The position numbers and the translations under genes were made by a program. Below the pieces are notes generated by a model that was not told where the DNA came from, did no database searches, and was given only the letters and a program-made list of their open reading frames with translations. Shown in pieces: positions 49,007-58,699 of a DNA stretch of 64,000 nucleotides (position 1 is the stretch's first letter; each line of letters opens with the position of its first letter). The stretch comes from a virus (Duplodnaviria > Caudoviricetes). The DNA lies in the IMG/VR virus record IMGVR_UViG_3300033070_001355, positions 7,944 to 71,943 of that record. One strand, given 5' to 3'.

Positions 49007-50619
49007 TTTTTAACTGGCGGTTTCGTTACCGGAGCCACTGGTTCCGGCTTCGGGACCTCTGGCTGAAACTTCTGCGGGCTCGGGAACACTACAGAGATAG
49101 CGACAGCGCGGGCTTCAGAATCTTCCAATCCAGCGGTCTTGAGCTTCTCAATGAGATCTTTCAAAACTTCAATCGATTCGTCGTTTTCTTTCCTGATCTT
49201 TGCGAGCTCGTCTGAGTAGTTCATACCGTTGCGCATGAGGGCAGAGCTCTTTGAAGATAGTCCTTTTTCAACGAGTTTAGAAGTGTACTCAGCAATCGCC
49301 GAATCGTTTTCTGTTACGATCTCAGGGAGCGAGACGGTGCCTTTCCAATCGTAATCGCCTTCAAAGTCTTTTTCGAAATGCGGCTTGACCTTACCTTTTC
49401 CGAAAATAAGCTTCATCTCCAAAACAAAGTTGAAGATCGAAACATAGAGTTCTGAATATCGATCTTGATAGTCTTCAAAGCGTTTGATCGCGGGAAGCTG
49501 TTGCGACTTCGTCGATGCGAGGTTCGCGTTACTTCCGTCAGCAAGCATGTATTCTGGCATGCCTACGCCAGCGGCGACGATGAGAAGAAGTGCTCGTCTT
49601 GAGTTTTCCTGCGAGACATTTGATCCCGTGAACTCAAGGATCTCCCACGTTTCCTTGTCATTGTGAATAGGGTTAGAGCCAATCTTCCACCCTGCATATC
49701 GCGCAGCGGCTCTCGCGATGTCTGCTTCATCACCATCTTTGATTGTGATGTCATAACTCGGTGAGCGATACAACTTGTTGATAATCACGCTATCACGAAG
49801 GAAGTCTTGATAATTGTCAAGCCATTCTTTGATTCTAACGAGATCGCTTAAGCCGAATGCATCGCTCATCGCGCAGTTGAATTTGAGATGAAAGATACAT
49901 TCAGTGTCTACCGAAGAATCAAATCTTGAGAAATCTTTGACCTTCTTCTTCACCTCGGTTGAGTTTTCTCCCTCATACGAGATATGGTAGTAGACAACAT
50001 CATTAACATCGTCAGCAGAGTGTTCAATAGCGTCGATGTTCTTAGGATCGATCGTTGAAAGCTTGACGTCGCCTGATCTGTAGATGTACTTTCCGCCTCT
50101 TTTCACATCTTCTTTGAATACTTTGAGAAGAATGTAATTTTCACCGAATGCAGTGCCTTCATCGCAGATGGATTTTGCTTTCTTCTCCATCTGATTCTTT
50201 TTCCAGAACTTCTTAAGAATCTGGACGTTTTCAGGGTCAGGATAATTGATAGTTATTCCTCTCCCGAAAACAAAGTAAGTCGTCAAATTGACGATGATGC
50301 CGCCGATAGGGTCATACTTCCAGAGGCGGTAGCACTCGTCTAGAAGTTCTTTTCTCTCGTACGGAGCGGTTCTGAAATTCTGATTTCCTATGCCGTAATG
50401 AGAAATTGATCTATTGTCAGAGAAATAGTATCCAGCGCAAGTGTTGACGATTTCTTTGCTGACCTCATAACTACCGTCATCAGCGAGAACCAATTTCGGA
50501 ATAATCTTATAGCCGCCGCCGACGAAGTCAGAGTCGCTCGGGTCAACAGAAGCAGTTCTTCCGCTTTCGCTCTTGACGTGAATCTTTCCATCTTCAGCGA
50601 TATAGAAATCGTTTTTCAT
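49003..50619 (-). CDS. Portal protein
   Basis: 538 aa after TerL; DPIGGIIVNLTTYFVFGRG, FGLSDL, AAGVGMPEYML...ANLAST. Confidence 0.9.
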   Translation of the reverse strand: MKNDFYIAEDGKIHVKSESGRTASVDPSDSDFVGGGYKIIPKLVLADDGSYEVSKEIVNTCAGYYFSDNRSISHYGIGNQNFRTAPYERKELLDECYRLWKYDPIGGIIVNLTTYFVFGRGITINYPDPENVQILKKFWKKNQMEKKAKSICDEGTAFGENYILLKVFKEDVKRGGKYIYRSGDVKLSTIDPKNIDAIEHSADDVNDVVYYHISYEGENSTEVKKKVKDFSRFDSSVDTECIFHLKFNCAMSDAFGLSDLVRIKEWLDNYQDFLRDSVIINKLYRSPSYDITIKDGDEADIARAAARYAGWKIGSNPIHNDKETWEILEFTGSNVSQENSRRALLLIVAAGVGMPEYMLADGSNANLASTKSQQLPAIKRFEDYQDRYSELYVSIFNFVLEMKLIFGKGKVKPHFEKDFEGDYDWKGTVSLPEIVTENDSAIAEYTSKLVEKGLSSKSSALMRNGMNYSDELAKIRKENDESIEVLKDLIEKLKTAGLEDSEARAVAISVVFPSPQKFQPEVPKPEPVAPVTKPPVKK

Positions 50620-52298
50620 TAGTCGTCGTCTCTAAGGAAGTCTTTGTATGTTTTTGGTTTATGAGCTTGTTCTTCGAAGCCAATTCGCTGAATGAAGTTC
50701 GTCTTATCGATGATGTTCAAGTTTGAAAATTGACGGAACCCGCTTGTTTCGATCGCCATCCCGATAGGTCTAACTGTCTTATGAAATTCACCGTTAGCGT
50801 ATGTCGCGAGAGCCAAAGAGTCAACATAGTCGTCTCCGATAGCGGGACGAATCATCCCGTACTTTTCGTAGCCCTTCGCAAGCGACCCGTCTTCTTTCTT
50901 TATGTTCTCAAGTTGATTTACGATCTTGGAAAGAGCGTCGTATCGAGAATCATTTCGAACGATGTACGGAAATTTGATCTTGTACTGATAAAACATCAGT
51001 CGCAAGTTCGTATAGAATAAATGCTTGTTTGGACCGTTAAATCGGATAGGGCAGATGAACCACTGATTCCATCCGTTCTCGCCAGCCCTATTCTCAAACA
51101 GATCAACGTTGATCTTCGTTATCTTCGATTCATATGCAACCTTATTGAGTTGATATAGGAATGAAGTATCGAAAGCATCACCGTATCCTCGGATCGGTCG
51201 AAAGAAGTTTAGAAGGTCGCACGTTCTTGAGATAACCGTGCCGATATTCTCAGTTGCGCTGAACTCTTCAGAATAAATCCAACGAACTTGGCCGGACCCC
51301 ATATCTTCAACGAACGAGATCGCCCACTTCGAAGGATGGTTTCCGGTACCCTGACCACCAGCATCGATCCCTACGGTCACGATGCCTTCAGCTTTATAGA
51401 TCTTTGAATTGTGTTCTTTTTGATATTCCGGAATATCAACCAATTTAGCGAACGCGCTGTATGATTTCGAAATCAGTTTAGTTGGAAAGAATGTCATACT
51501 CTCCGTATAAAGACAGAGGTACGCTCTTGCAAATTGATCCGGAGTCATCAGCACGTCGCGTGCGATGAGGAGATCGTTCTCAGGGATGATGCCCCACTGA
51601 ACACCGTGCCATCCAGTGTACTTAGGGAGAACGGTAAACGCGAGCTGTGTCCGGGCATCTCTCGGGTTCTCAAAGTTATAGATATTCCCCATACCTTTGA
51701 TAGTTCCGGTGGCGATACGCGTGCATTGACCTTTCTTGCCGTAGTTGTATCCCGGCTTAATCATCGATCCGGTCGGGTAGATACGCTCAAAGAGCGTATT
51801 CAACTCCATATCGTCGACTTCTTCCCACCACTGGTGAGTCGCACCAAGTCCGTCGACTGATGAAGCTTGGCCCTTTGCCTGGATCACGCTTCCGTTAATG
51901 AATTCAATGTGTTCTTTGCCGAGACCCTCACCAAGTTTCTGCTCAACGAATTGCATCAATATGGGACTATTGATCACCATATCGGTCATGTATTTCAAAT
52001 CTCGCTTCGACTGCTCAAGGGCAGGAGCGTGGATGTTAATTTCTGATCTCGGCTTTGTCGCAGCCTCTTTCAGAAGTTTCGCAGCAATTGAAAATGATTT
52101 ACCAAGTCTTCTTGACCAGACTTGAAGAATTGTGTGATGCTCATCAATCACACTCGCGACAACTTGCTGATGAGGCATCAAATCAACGCCTGTGACGTGC
52201 ATGTGCCACAGATAATCGTTGTCAGCGTAGCGCATTATCTCGTCAGTAATGGCTCCTCTTGAAAAATCGCTTACCTTTCGTCCAACCCGTGTTCTCAT
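50619..52298 (-). CDS. terL: Terminase large subunit
   Basis: Walker A WSRRLGKS, Walker B-like WWEEVDD, nuclease VGIDAG and GDDYVDS. Confidence 0.9.
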   Translation of the reverse strand: MRTRVGRKVSDFSRGAITDEIMRYADNDYLWHMHVTGVDLMPHQQVVASVIDEHHTILQVWSRRLGKSFSIAAKLLKEAATKPRSEINIHAPALEQSKRDLKYMTDMVINSPILMQFVEQKLGEGLGKEHIEFINGSVIQAKGQASSVDGLGATHQWWEEVDDMELNTLFERIYPTGSMIKPGYNYGKKGQCTRIATGTIKGMGNIYNFENPRDARTQLAFTVLPKYTGWHGVQWGIIPENDLLIARDVLMTPDQFARAYLCLYTESMTFFPTKLISKSYSAFAKLVDIPEYQKEHNSKIYKAEGIVTVGIDAGGQGTGNHPSKWAISFVEDMGSGQVRWIYSEEFSATENIGTVISRTCDLLNFFRPIRGYGDAFDTSFLYQLNKVAYESKITKINVDLFENRAGENGWNQWFICPIRFNGPNKHLFYTNLRLMFYQYKIKFPYIVRNDSRYDALSKIVNQLENIKKEDGSLAKGYEKYGMIRPAIGDDYVDSLALATYANGEFHKTVRPIGMAIETSGFRQFSNLNIIDKTNFIQRIGFEEQAHKPKTYKDFLRDDD

Positions 52299-52314
52299 TC
52301 AATACAATTAAACA

Positions 52315-52896
52315 TTAGATGGCAATACACTTCCCGATGAAGTTGACGATAGATCCATTTTTAGATTTGATCGGAGAAGTGATAGCGCGAACATCGACTT
52401 TCCCGCCATCCATATTGATAAACGCAAAATGGATGTTCATCTCACGCTTATCTTTCACTGATTGAAACCACTCTTCACGAACTCTCTCCCTGTCCTCTTC
52501 GCTGATCGAACTAATCCATCCGTTTCCGAGCATACGCTCTTGCGAATATCCGGTCATCGCCAAGAGCATTCGATTTACGTAAATGAATGATCCGTTATCG
52601 TCAGCTTCCCAGATCCCGATATCGAGCAAATTAACGAGAGATTTGAATCTCTCTGCGGACATGAATATCTCAAGTTCTATTGATTCTGTTGATCTCTGAA
52701 TTCCCTTGACAGAAGAAGCGACATCTCTCAAAAGATCAAGAACTTCTCCACTATTTGTCGCAAGTTCAACCATCTTGGATACTTTTCCGAGGTGAACCTT
52801 TCCTTTTTTGAACATCGGAATCACGACTTTTTTCACAAACGCGAAAAGAGTCAATACAGCACCTATAAAAACTCCAGCTTCTTTGATATCGATCAT
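52315..52896 (-). CDS. N-terminal TM plus coiled coil plus single PAS domain protein
   Basis: AGVFIGAVLTLFAFV transmembrane helix; ERFKSLVNLLDIGIWEADDNGSFIYVNRMLLAMTGYSQERMLGNGWISSISEEDRERV is a classic PAS sequence. Confidence 0.88.
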   Translation of the reverse strand: MIDIKEAGVFIGAVLTLFAFVKKVVIPMFKKGKVHLGKVSKMVELATNSGEVLDLLRDVASSVKGIQRSTESIELEIFMSAERFKSLVNLLDIGIWEADDNGSFIYVNRMLLAMTGYSQERMLGNGWISSISEEDRERVREEWFQSVKDKREMNIHFAFINMDGGKVDVRAITSPIKSKNGSIVNFIGKCIAI

Positions 52897-54407
52897 TGGT
52901 CTTGCAACATCGTTTCAAAGAGATTTCTTGTAGGACCGGTGGCGAACATCGCTCCTCCGATATCCCATCTTGAATTAGCTCGATAGAGCCTCTTCATAAA
53001 GTCATAAGCATCGACGGATTGAGCCGCTGCCGCAACAGCAAGATTCTTTCCGACACCGATGCAAGGAGAGCTCTTTTTCAAGATGCTTCGATAGATATTT
53101 GTACTTGGATCTCCGAGAAGTCCGAGTTCAGAATTACTAAATGACGTTGCGGCTTCAACATTCGCGCTGATCATTTCAGCAAGTGTCTTATCAACACCAT
53201 CAAGGACAAATTTACCAGAAGCGGCAGACGAATAGGCGTTGATTCCGTTCGTGAAAGTAATCGTTCGAGCACGTCTCACAAGTTGAATGTGCTTCGCGCT
53301 TGCTCCAGCCGCAACGTAAAGGTTGTTCGCGTGATCGAAAATTGCTGAATCGTTGAGAGCGTTGTTTTTCCAGCTTGCAAAGACTGAAGGCTTGCTTGAA
53401 AGATTGTAGAACGTATTGTTCCACATCGATGCGCTAAAGATTCCTCCAACGCCTACCTCAACGCCAGTTCCCGGAGCATCGTCGCCATCTCTTCCAAAGA
53501 TAAGCCCACCATTTCCTGACATTCCGGAAGGAAGAACGAATGAGTTACCGAAGAGCGCAAATCCTTGAGCGTCAGTCGCAGCAGCGGCTGAATAGTCCAT
53601 CAATTTTATCGCGGATTTCGTATTATCAATGAACAAAGATCCGACGATAACTCCACCGGGAATTCCGAGGTTGATGTTGTGGATACCGTCTCTACAACGC
53701 TCAAGCGTGCAGAAAAGAATCTTGGTATTTCTCGCAGTGTCGTGGAATGAAATTCCATCACCGCCAAACTCGCCGTAATCAGGAACACCTGCGGAAACGT
53801 TTCCGATATCTTGGCAAAGAACAGATTTTACCGTGAACCCGTTCGAAAAGCCGTAAAGGCCAACTCCGTTGTCCATGCACTTTATCGCTTTAGAATTTGA
53901 AATAATAGACGCGACTGGTGATTCAGTCAAAGCGCCATAATGAAAGGCGAACCCGTCTTGACCAGCGTTTAACGCAACGCAATTTTCGATATCAAGAGCG
54001 TGGACAAGTGAAGTGTCAGTTGCGTGCTTTTGACCAACGCATGATATCAAAAATTGATAGCCAGCATCGATCTTGACGTTCTTGATTTTGACTTTATAAC
54101 AAGAGTCAATGCTAATGACGCCTCCTGGAAGAGCATCGTCATTAGAAACTGAAACAAGTATCGGATCCGGGCCTTCACCATATCGATCAATTGTCAGCCA
54201 CCCGCCTGAAGATCCCTGCTTTTTCAGCCGGATCTTCTTCATTACATGATATTGTCCAGCTTTGAGATAGAGAGTGTCATCAGTAAAATGGAAAGGTGTA
54301 GCATCAGATAGCGTTGAAACTTTATCCCCGGTTTTCCAGGGATTGAGCTCCGAGCCGCTATTGCTGTCGTTTCCGTTTATGAAATCAATGAAATAATTTT
54401 GAGCCAT
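52893..54407 (-). CDS. Right-handed beta-helix (pectin lyase-like) protein, putative depolymerase or virion appendage
   Basis: YFIDFINGNDSNSGSELNPWKT N-terminus; repeated GDG/DNG...N.. parallel beta-helix rungs. Confidence 0.75.
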   Translation of the reverse strand: MAQNYFIDFINGNDSNSGSELNPWKTGDKVSTLSDATPFHFTDDTLYLKAGQYHVMKKIRLKKQGSSGGWLTIDRYGEGPDPILVSVSNDDALPGGVISIDSCYKVKIKNVKIDAGYQFLISCVGQKHATDTSLVHALDIENCVALNAGQDGFAFHYGALTESPVASIISNSKAIKCMDNGVGLYGFSNGFTVKSVLCQDIGNVSAGVPDYGEFGGDGISFHDTARNTKILFCTLERCRDGIHNINLGIPGGVIVGSLFIDNTKSAIKLMDYSAAAATDAQGFALFGNSFVLPSGMSGNGGLIFGRDGDDAPGTGVEVGVGGIFSASMWNNTFYNLSSKPSVFASWKNNALNDSAIFDHANNLYVAAGASAKHIQLVRRARTITFTNGINAYSSAASGKFVLDGVDKTLAEMISANVEAATSFSNSELGLLGDPSTNIYRSILKKSSPCIGVGKNLAVAAAAQSVDAYDFMKRLYRANSRWDIGGAMFATGPTRNLFETMLQDQ

Positions 54408-54413
54408 CTGGCT

Positions 54414-54773
54414 TCAAGAAACGGTGGCGACTGGTCCGACCCGACACACTTCAACAATAACCTGCGTCCCTGAAGCCGCTGCCGCAAACTTCAAAGATGA
54501 GAATTCATTGTTGGCGTACCTAAACGCTCGAAGCCCACCGTTGAGTGTATTTTCAGGAACGACGATGCCGTTGCCGAAACTCGTCGGGTTATTTGTCGAT
54601 GGAACTGCGGGAGTTGTTCCATCAATCGTAAAAGAGACTCGATTGTTCGTGAGATTCGTAACTTGAATGAAGTTGTGATTACTGTCAACACCGGTCATGT
54701 TTACTGTTGAAATTTCATCTCCGATATGGACAATCTTCGATTTCGGAGTTCTTTCGACAACTGTAACGGTCAT
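54414..54773 (-). CDS. Hypothetical beta-rich protein
   Basis: IQVTNLTNNRVSFTIDGTTP; within the packaging cluster. Confidence 0.55.
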   Translation of the reverse strand: MTVTVVERTPKSKIVHIGDEISTVNMTGVDSNHNFIQVTNLTNNRVSFTIDGTTPAVPSTNNPTSFGNGIVVPENTLNGGLRAFRYANNEFSSLKFAAAASGTQVIVEVCRVGPVATVS

Positions 54774-55234
54774 TCGAGCTCTCCTTTTGATGCAAGCATT
54801 TCGATTGAAGAATCGATATTTGAGGCGACCTTTTGAAGGTCAATGGTGCCGTCAAATATTCTCATTTCGAGATGCCCCTTGACCTGCATCGCTTGGGCGA
54901 CGGCTCGTATTTTTGGCACATCCTCTTGCTTCACACCCATTTGCGCAAGCGTTATAGAGTCGGTGCTTCGTATACCAATACACGATGATTTCTTCTCAAG
55001 CAGTTCTGAAGAGTAGCCTACCGCCCGAAACTTCAACGATTTCGCGACGAGGTCGTGTGAAGCTTTTTTCTGGTATCTGAAATAGAACTCTCCAAATCCT
55101 CTTAAGAGGATCGGTTCTTCAGTCTCAAGACAAGCTACAATTTCTTGAATAATTTCTTTATAAATCGTTTCAACGACCTCTTTATTAAAGCCAAGTCTCT
55201 TAGCAACTTTGGCCGTGATTAAATTATCCTTCAC
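54770..55234 (-). CDS. HU/IHF-like DNA-binding protein with C-terminal extension
   Basis: LITAKVAKRLGFNKEVVETIYKEIIQEIVACL...ILLRGFGEF; GTG at 55234 after GGGAGG. Confidence 0.75.
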   Translation of the reverse strand: MKDNLITAKVAKRLGFNKEVVETIYKEIIQEIVACLETEEPILLRGFGEFYFRYQKKASHDLVAKSLKFRAVGYSSELLEKKSSCIGIRSTDSITLAQMGVKQEDVPKIRAVAQAMQVKGHLEMRIFDGTIDLQKVASNIDSSIEMLASKGELE

Positions 55235-55865
55235 TCTTTCCTCCCTTAATCGAGCGATACACGGGATCGGCTTCAAGTTTCTGTGTGGCGACGACAGCGC
55301 CGTCCGCAAATCTCTTCATGGCATCTTCATTTCTTCGAACAGCATCTTCAAGTGAAGTCGGGTTGTTGTTCAGCATGATGTTACCGACAACGGAAGGTTT
55401 CTCTCCGCTTGTTGATGCTGTAAGGTTGAATTTCTGAAGATCAAACCCGATAGCTTTCGCGGTTGCGACAATCTTTGAGAGCAACGGGTGTTCAACGATT
55501 CTTGTCGCAATTTTTCCATCGATCAGGATGGGGTTGCCTTTTCCATCGAGAATAGGCTCGAGGTATGTCATCCCTTCTTCAGAGATCGTTGCGAGCATCT
55601 CGTTAATTTTGACAACCATTGAGCCGGTGATAGCTCCGACTGATTCTTTTACGAAATTGAGGTTTCCGTTCTTGTACGCCTCTACGAAACCTTCAATCGT
55701 CTTGAGATCGTACAGACACGGTTCACCGAATTTGACCTCTTTGGCGATATAGTATTCGCACCCAATCGCTTCTCCTCGAGTCTTAAATCTGATGAATGGG
55801 CAATCTTCGCTGCATGTTCTGACAGCAACCTTAGATGAATTGTGATTAACCGTAGGAGTGGTCAT
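55224..55865 (-). CDS. Putative terminase small subunit
   Basis: EHPLLSKIVATAKAIGFDLQKFNLT resembles the P27-type TerS; upstream of TerL; N-terminal Cys cluster. Confidence 0.45.
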   Translation of the reverse strand: MTTPTVNHNSSKVAVRTCSEDCPFIRFKTRGEAIGCEYYIAKEVKFGEPCLYDLKTIEGFVEAYKNGNLNFVKESVGAITGSMVVKINEMLATISEEGMTYLEPILDGKGNPILIDGKIATRIVEHPLLSKIVATAKAIGFDLQKFNLTASTSGEKPSVVGNIMLNNNPTSLEDAVRRNEDAMKRFADGAVVATQKLEADPVYRSIKGGKSEG

Positions 55866-56006
55866 TTTCTTTGTTTTACGATCTCGCGCCTTTTATGGCG
55901 TAGTATAAAACCACTAATCGCGCTTTGAATAGCGTGACCGTTGTGTCTGTAGCCAGCATTTTGCTGTCACAACAAGTTAAACGCTTGGCGCGCAATTTCG
56001 AACAAT

Positions 56007-56033
56007 AAAAAAGCCGCTGACGAATGCCAGCGG
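56007..56033 (-). terminator. Intrinsic terminator closing the Tas operon
   Basis: Minus strand CCGCTGGC-ATTC-GTCAGCGG-CTTTTTT. Confidence 0.65.
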
Positions 56034-56050
56034 ATTTATCTTTCGTCAAA

Positions 56051-56356
56051 TTAGTTTTTGACGAGATTTTTTTCAGCGACCTTGCGCATCTTGTTCGTTC
56101 GAGCTTCAACCTTTTTGAATTGATCTTCAGTCAAATAAGGCGCTCGCAAGAGCGTAGGCATCAGCTTGATTAGTTGAGTCTTAGCGCATTCAATTGCTTC
56201 TTTGACTCGACCTTTCTGCGCTTCGCTGTACGTGTTGAAATCTTGCGCGATACCGTTTTCAGTGAAGATATTCTCTGCCACTTGAATCAGATATTTCGAT
56301 ACCGCGATTTTCGCTTGTTTGACGTCACGTGGCGGCGTTTGGAAGTTCGCTGTCAT
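56051..56356 (-). CDS. Hypothetical protein downstream of Tas
   Basis: 101 aa; SD GAGGAG; overlaps the Tas 3' end. Confidence 0.65.
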   Translation of the reverse strand: MTANFQTPPRDVKQAKIAVSKYLIQVAENIFTENGIAQDFNTYSEAQKGRVKEAIECAKTQLIKLMPTLLRAPYLTEDQFKKVEARTNKMRKVAEKNLVKN

Positions 56357-57269
56357 TGGGGGTCTCCTCTTTCTTTATACATGGATGTTCTTTGACATGC
56401 CAGATCTGTGACCACGACTTGCCAAGTTTCTCAATTCCGTACGGAGGACGTGCTGGCATTCCTTCGATTTCGCGCCACGCATAGAAAAAGTCCATCAGGA
56501 AGCATTTGATCATGTGCCTGATTGCGTCGCGATGTCTGTTCGCAGGGTTAGCGCCCCAATTCTGAGCTTCGCGCATCTTCTTATGCTCATCGTAGAACAC
56601 CTTGTACGGTGACTTCGACTTGATGAAACAAGATGCGAGCACGCCAAGAAGTTTCGTTTTCAAGAAAGGGTTGTAGCTGATTTTTTGACCAGCAACCTTT
56701 CTTGCACCGATCATCTTCTTTTCACCTTCTTTACTGGTGATTTCAATCGGAGCAAGACCGGCATACTTCCACCACTGCGAAATCGTTCTCGATCGATAGA
56801 GAATTCCGCCTTCAGTGTACGACCCGGTATGCGCGTGGGAATACCCTTCAGGCGCAGGGCGGTCATGGATATCGAATTCACTGATGAGAACGGCTGCGAT
56901 TGTCGGCCCGACTCCGTGAACTTCTTTCAAGAAGCGATTGTAGACATTGAAGCCTTTCAACATCGCAGTGATCTTTTTCATCAACTGCTTTTCGATTTCT
57001 TCGAAAGAGTCAGAAACGTCTGCGAGAATCTTTTGATCGTCTTTGTGCAGTGCGACGATCAATCGCGAAGCTCGCAAGCCCGCAGCGATTCTCTCTTGCT
57101 GAATGGCGTAGAAGTACGTGACCATCGCGCGAAGGATTCGTTGTTTTCGTTCCAACTCATTTCGAGGGGGACCGAGTGGGGGTGCGACTTTCTTCACCTC
57201 AATCGCTTCACCTGTATCTGGATCGAGATTTTCAACGACCTTCTTCTTTTTCGGCGAGCTAATTTTCAT
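56325..57269 (-). CDS. tasA: Nop-domain/IS110-related protein without a nuclease domain; putative TasA of a TIGR-Tas system
   Basis: Coiled coil QQERIAAGLR, VHGVGPTIAAVLISE, SQWWKYAGLAP, YNPFLKTKL, HRDAIRHMIKCFLMDFFYAWREIEG..RPPY..EKLG. No N-terminal DEDD RuvC and no HNH. A dual-repeat array lies upstream. Confidence 0.8.
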   Translation of the reverse strand: MKISSPKKKKVVENLDPDTGEAIEVKKVAPPLGPPRNELERKQRILRAMVTYFYAIQQERIAAGLRASRLIVALHKDDQKILADVSDSFEEIEKQLMKKITAMLKGFNVYNRFLKEVHGVGPTIAAVLISEFDIHDRPAPEGYSHAHTGSYTEGGILYRSRTISQWWKYAGLAPIEITSKEGEKKMIGARKVAGQKISYNPFLKTKLLGVLASCFIKSKSPYKVFYDEHKKMREAQNWGANPANRHRDAIRHMIKCFLMDFFYAWREIEGMPARPPYGIEKLGKSWSQIWHVKEHPCIKKEETPNDSELPNAAT

Positions 57270-57870
57270 GATTTTCTCTCACAACCCTTTGTCGAACACT
57301 ATGGTCGGTAAGGTTTGCGCCAAGCAATTTAACCAGCTTGCCATTCTGAATAAGAGAGTCCGTTTTTGCTGGCGGGATTATTATGTTGCAATTCCTCGGA
57401 TATTTTTTGAACACGAAATCGTAATATTGAAAGCTCTTTTCGAAAAAGGGAAAGATAATTGCGGTACTGAGGTGATTGATCAACTCGTCTTGGAGAACGA
57501 GACTCCAAATCTGGTTCTGGAAAAAATGAAGCTTGATGTTCGTATGGAAAGCTCTTTTTGAGAAGTTCCCGCAGATGTGAATAATCTTCTTCTTCTTGTA
57601 TTTGAAGAAATTGAACTCTAGATAGATGAACTTCTTTTCATCTTCTTTTTCTATCAATTCATACTGATCGAGTAGAAATTTCTCGAGTCCGGCGATTTCG
57701 CCCGTGAGATTTTTCAATTGTGAATTTAGAGGATCAATTTTTCCTTTCGCTGATTTGAAGAAATTGACGTAAAGAACGATATGATCATGAGAATGGATGA
57801 TATTCTCATTGAACATTCTTCGAAAATTAGATGTGTACGAAACTCCTTCAGGACGCCGCATTAAACGCAT
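57259..57870 (-). CDS. Hypothetical protein in the Tas operon
   Basis: 203 aa, overlapping both neighbours. Confidence 0.55.
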   Translation of the reverse strand: MRLMRRPEGVSYTSNFRRMFNENIIHSHDHIVLYVNFFKSAKGKIDPLNSQLKNLTGEIAGLEKFLLDQYELIEKEDEKKFIYLEFNFFKYKKKKIIHICGNFSKRAFHTNIKLHFFQNQIWSLVLQDELINHLSTAIIFPFFEKSFQYYDFVFKKYPRNCNIIIPPAKTDSLIQNGKLVKLLGANLTDHSVRQRVVRENHEN

Positions 57871-58168
57871 CGCCGATGATGTTTACGAGAGGCGCGACCC
57901 TTGCGTTAGCCAAATTTTCCGCAACAGTACCCAAGAGCTTCCTTCTTTCGAGATCGCGCGTTTCTCGCAGCGCGTTTACGACATGTCCGCAGAGATTAAT
58001 TTTCAATTTTCTGTCAAGGCATGCGCCGACTTCACTCGAGATATCTTGGAACTTCTTGACTTCATCATCCCTCATGAAACCAATGTTTCTAAAAGCTTGC
58101 TCAAGAAGAAAATCAATCGTAGCTGATTGAAGAACGTACGACTTTTTTCTTTTTCTAGAAGTGTTCAT
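57848..58168 (-). CDS. Hypothetical protein directly after the array (possible ribbon-helix-helix N-terminus)
   Basis: RKRKKSYVLQSATIDFLLEQA looks like a strand followed by a helix; the ATG lies one spacer length from the last repeat. Confidence 0.55.
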   Translation of the reverse strand: MNTSRKRKKSYVLQSATIDFLLEQAFRNIGFMRDDEVKKFQDISSEVGACLDRKLKINLCGHVVNALRETRDLERRKLLGTVAENLANARVAPLVNIIGDAFNAAS

Positions 58169-58177
58169 TCGTTTCGT

Positions 58178-58530
58178 ATTCTTATTCCATGGGAAACAGG
58201 CGATATTCCTGGGATTCTTATCTGGTCAAATCTCGATTCCACTATATTTTTATTTTTGATGTATCTTCGATTTCAACGAGATGTTCATCCATCTTGATCG
58301 GCGATGTGTATATCATTTTCATTGAACTTTTATCGACGATCCTCAGAGAAAGCTATCGGGTGTTTATCATCGATGTGTGAGGCATTCTTATCCCCGAAAA
58401 TCACGATCGTTTTCTATTATTATCGGCGAGTTACCTTCGATTTTAACAGTATTCTTGTATCTTTTTCATCGACGATGTTTACTGCATTCTTATAGGTCTT
58501 TATCGTCGCGCTCGAAGTAAGTCTTTTTAT
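58178..58530 (-). repeat. TIGR-like dual-repeat array, segment 1 (~10 units)
   Basis: Plus-strand pattern [ATTCTTAT-like 8 nt]-8/9-nt spacer-[ATCnnCGAT 8-9 nt]-8/9-nt spacer; 8-nt repeats start at 58178, 58214, 58246, 58281, 58315, 58349, 58384, 58416, 58451 and 58486. The strand is inferred from the operon. Confidence 0.88.
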
Positions 58531-58543
58531 TCCTTCTTAAGCG

Positions 58544-58699
58544 TTAGTCTTGTGCGAAAATAAAAATCACCACCGCAACGAAGAGAAACAAGACACCTAT
58601 CTTGAAAGTGATATGGTCTTCTTGCTGAATTTCTCTGAACCAGTCAGGGATATGTCTGGCCCAATGTTTTCTCGGTGGTGGCGGCGGAAAGTAACCCAT
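58544..58699 (-). CDS. 51-aa tail-anchored membrane protein interrupting the array (not in the ORF track)
   Basis: MGYFPPPPPRKHWARHIPDWFREIQQEDHITFKIGVLFLFVAVVIFIFAQD; fills the non-repeat gap almost exactly. Confidence 0.65.
   Translation of the reverse strand: MGYFPPPPPRKHWARHIPDWFREIQQEDHITFKIGVLFLFVAVVIFIFAQD

Noticed and set aside
56325-57269. Active IS110 transposase / insertion sequence
   Set aside because: It lacks the N-terminal DEDD RuvC domain and the conserved SG motif after AGLxP, and it sits in a coupled phage operon rather than a discrete element.
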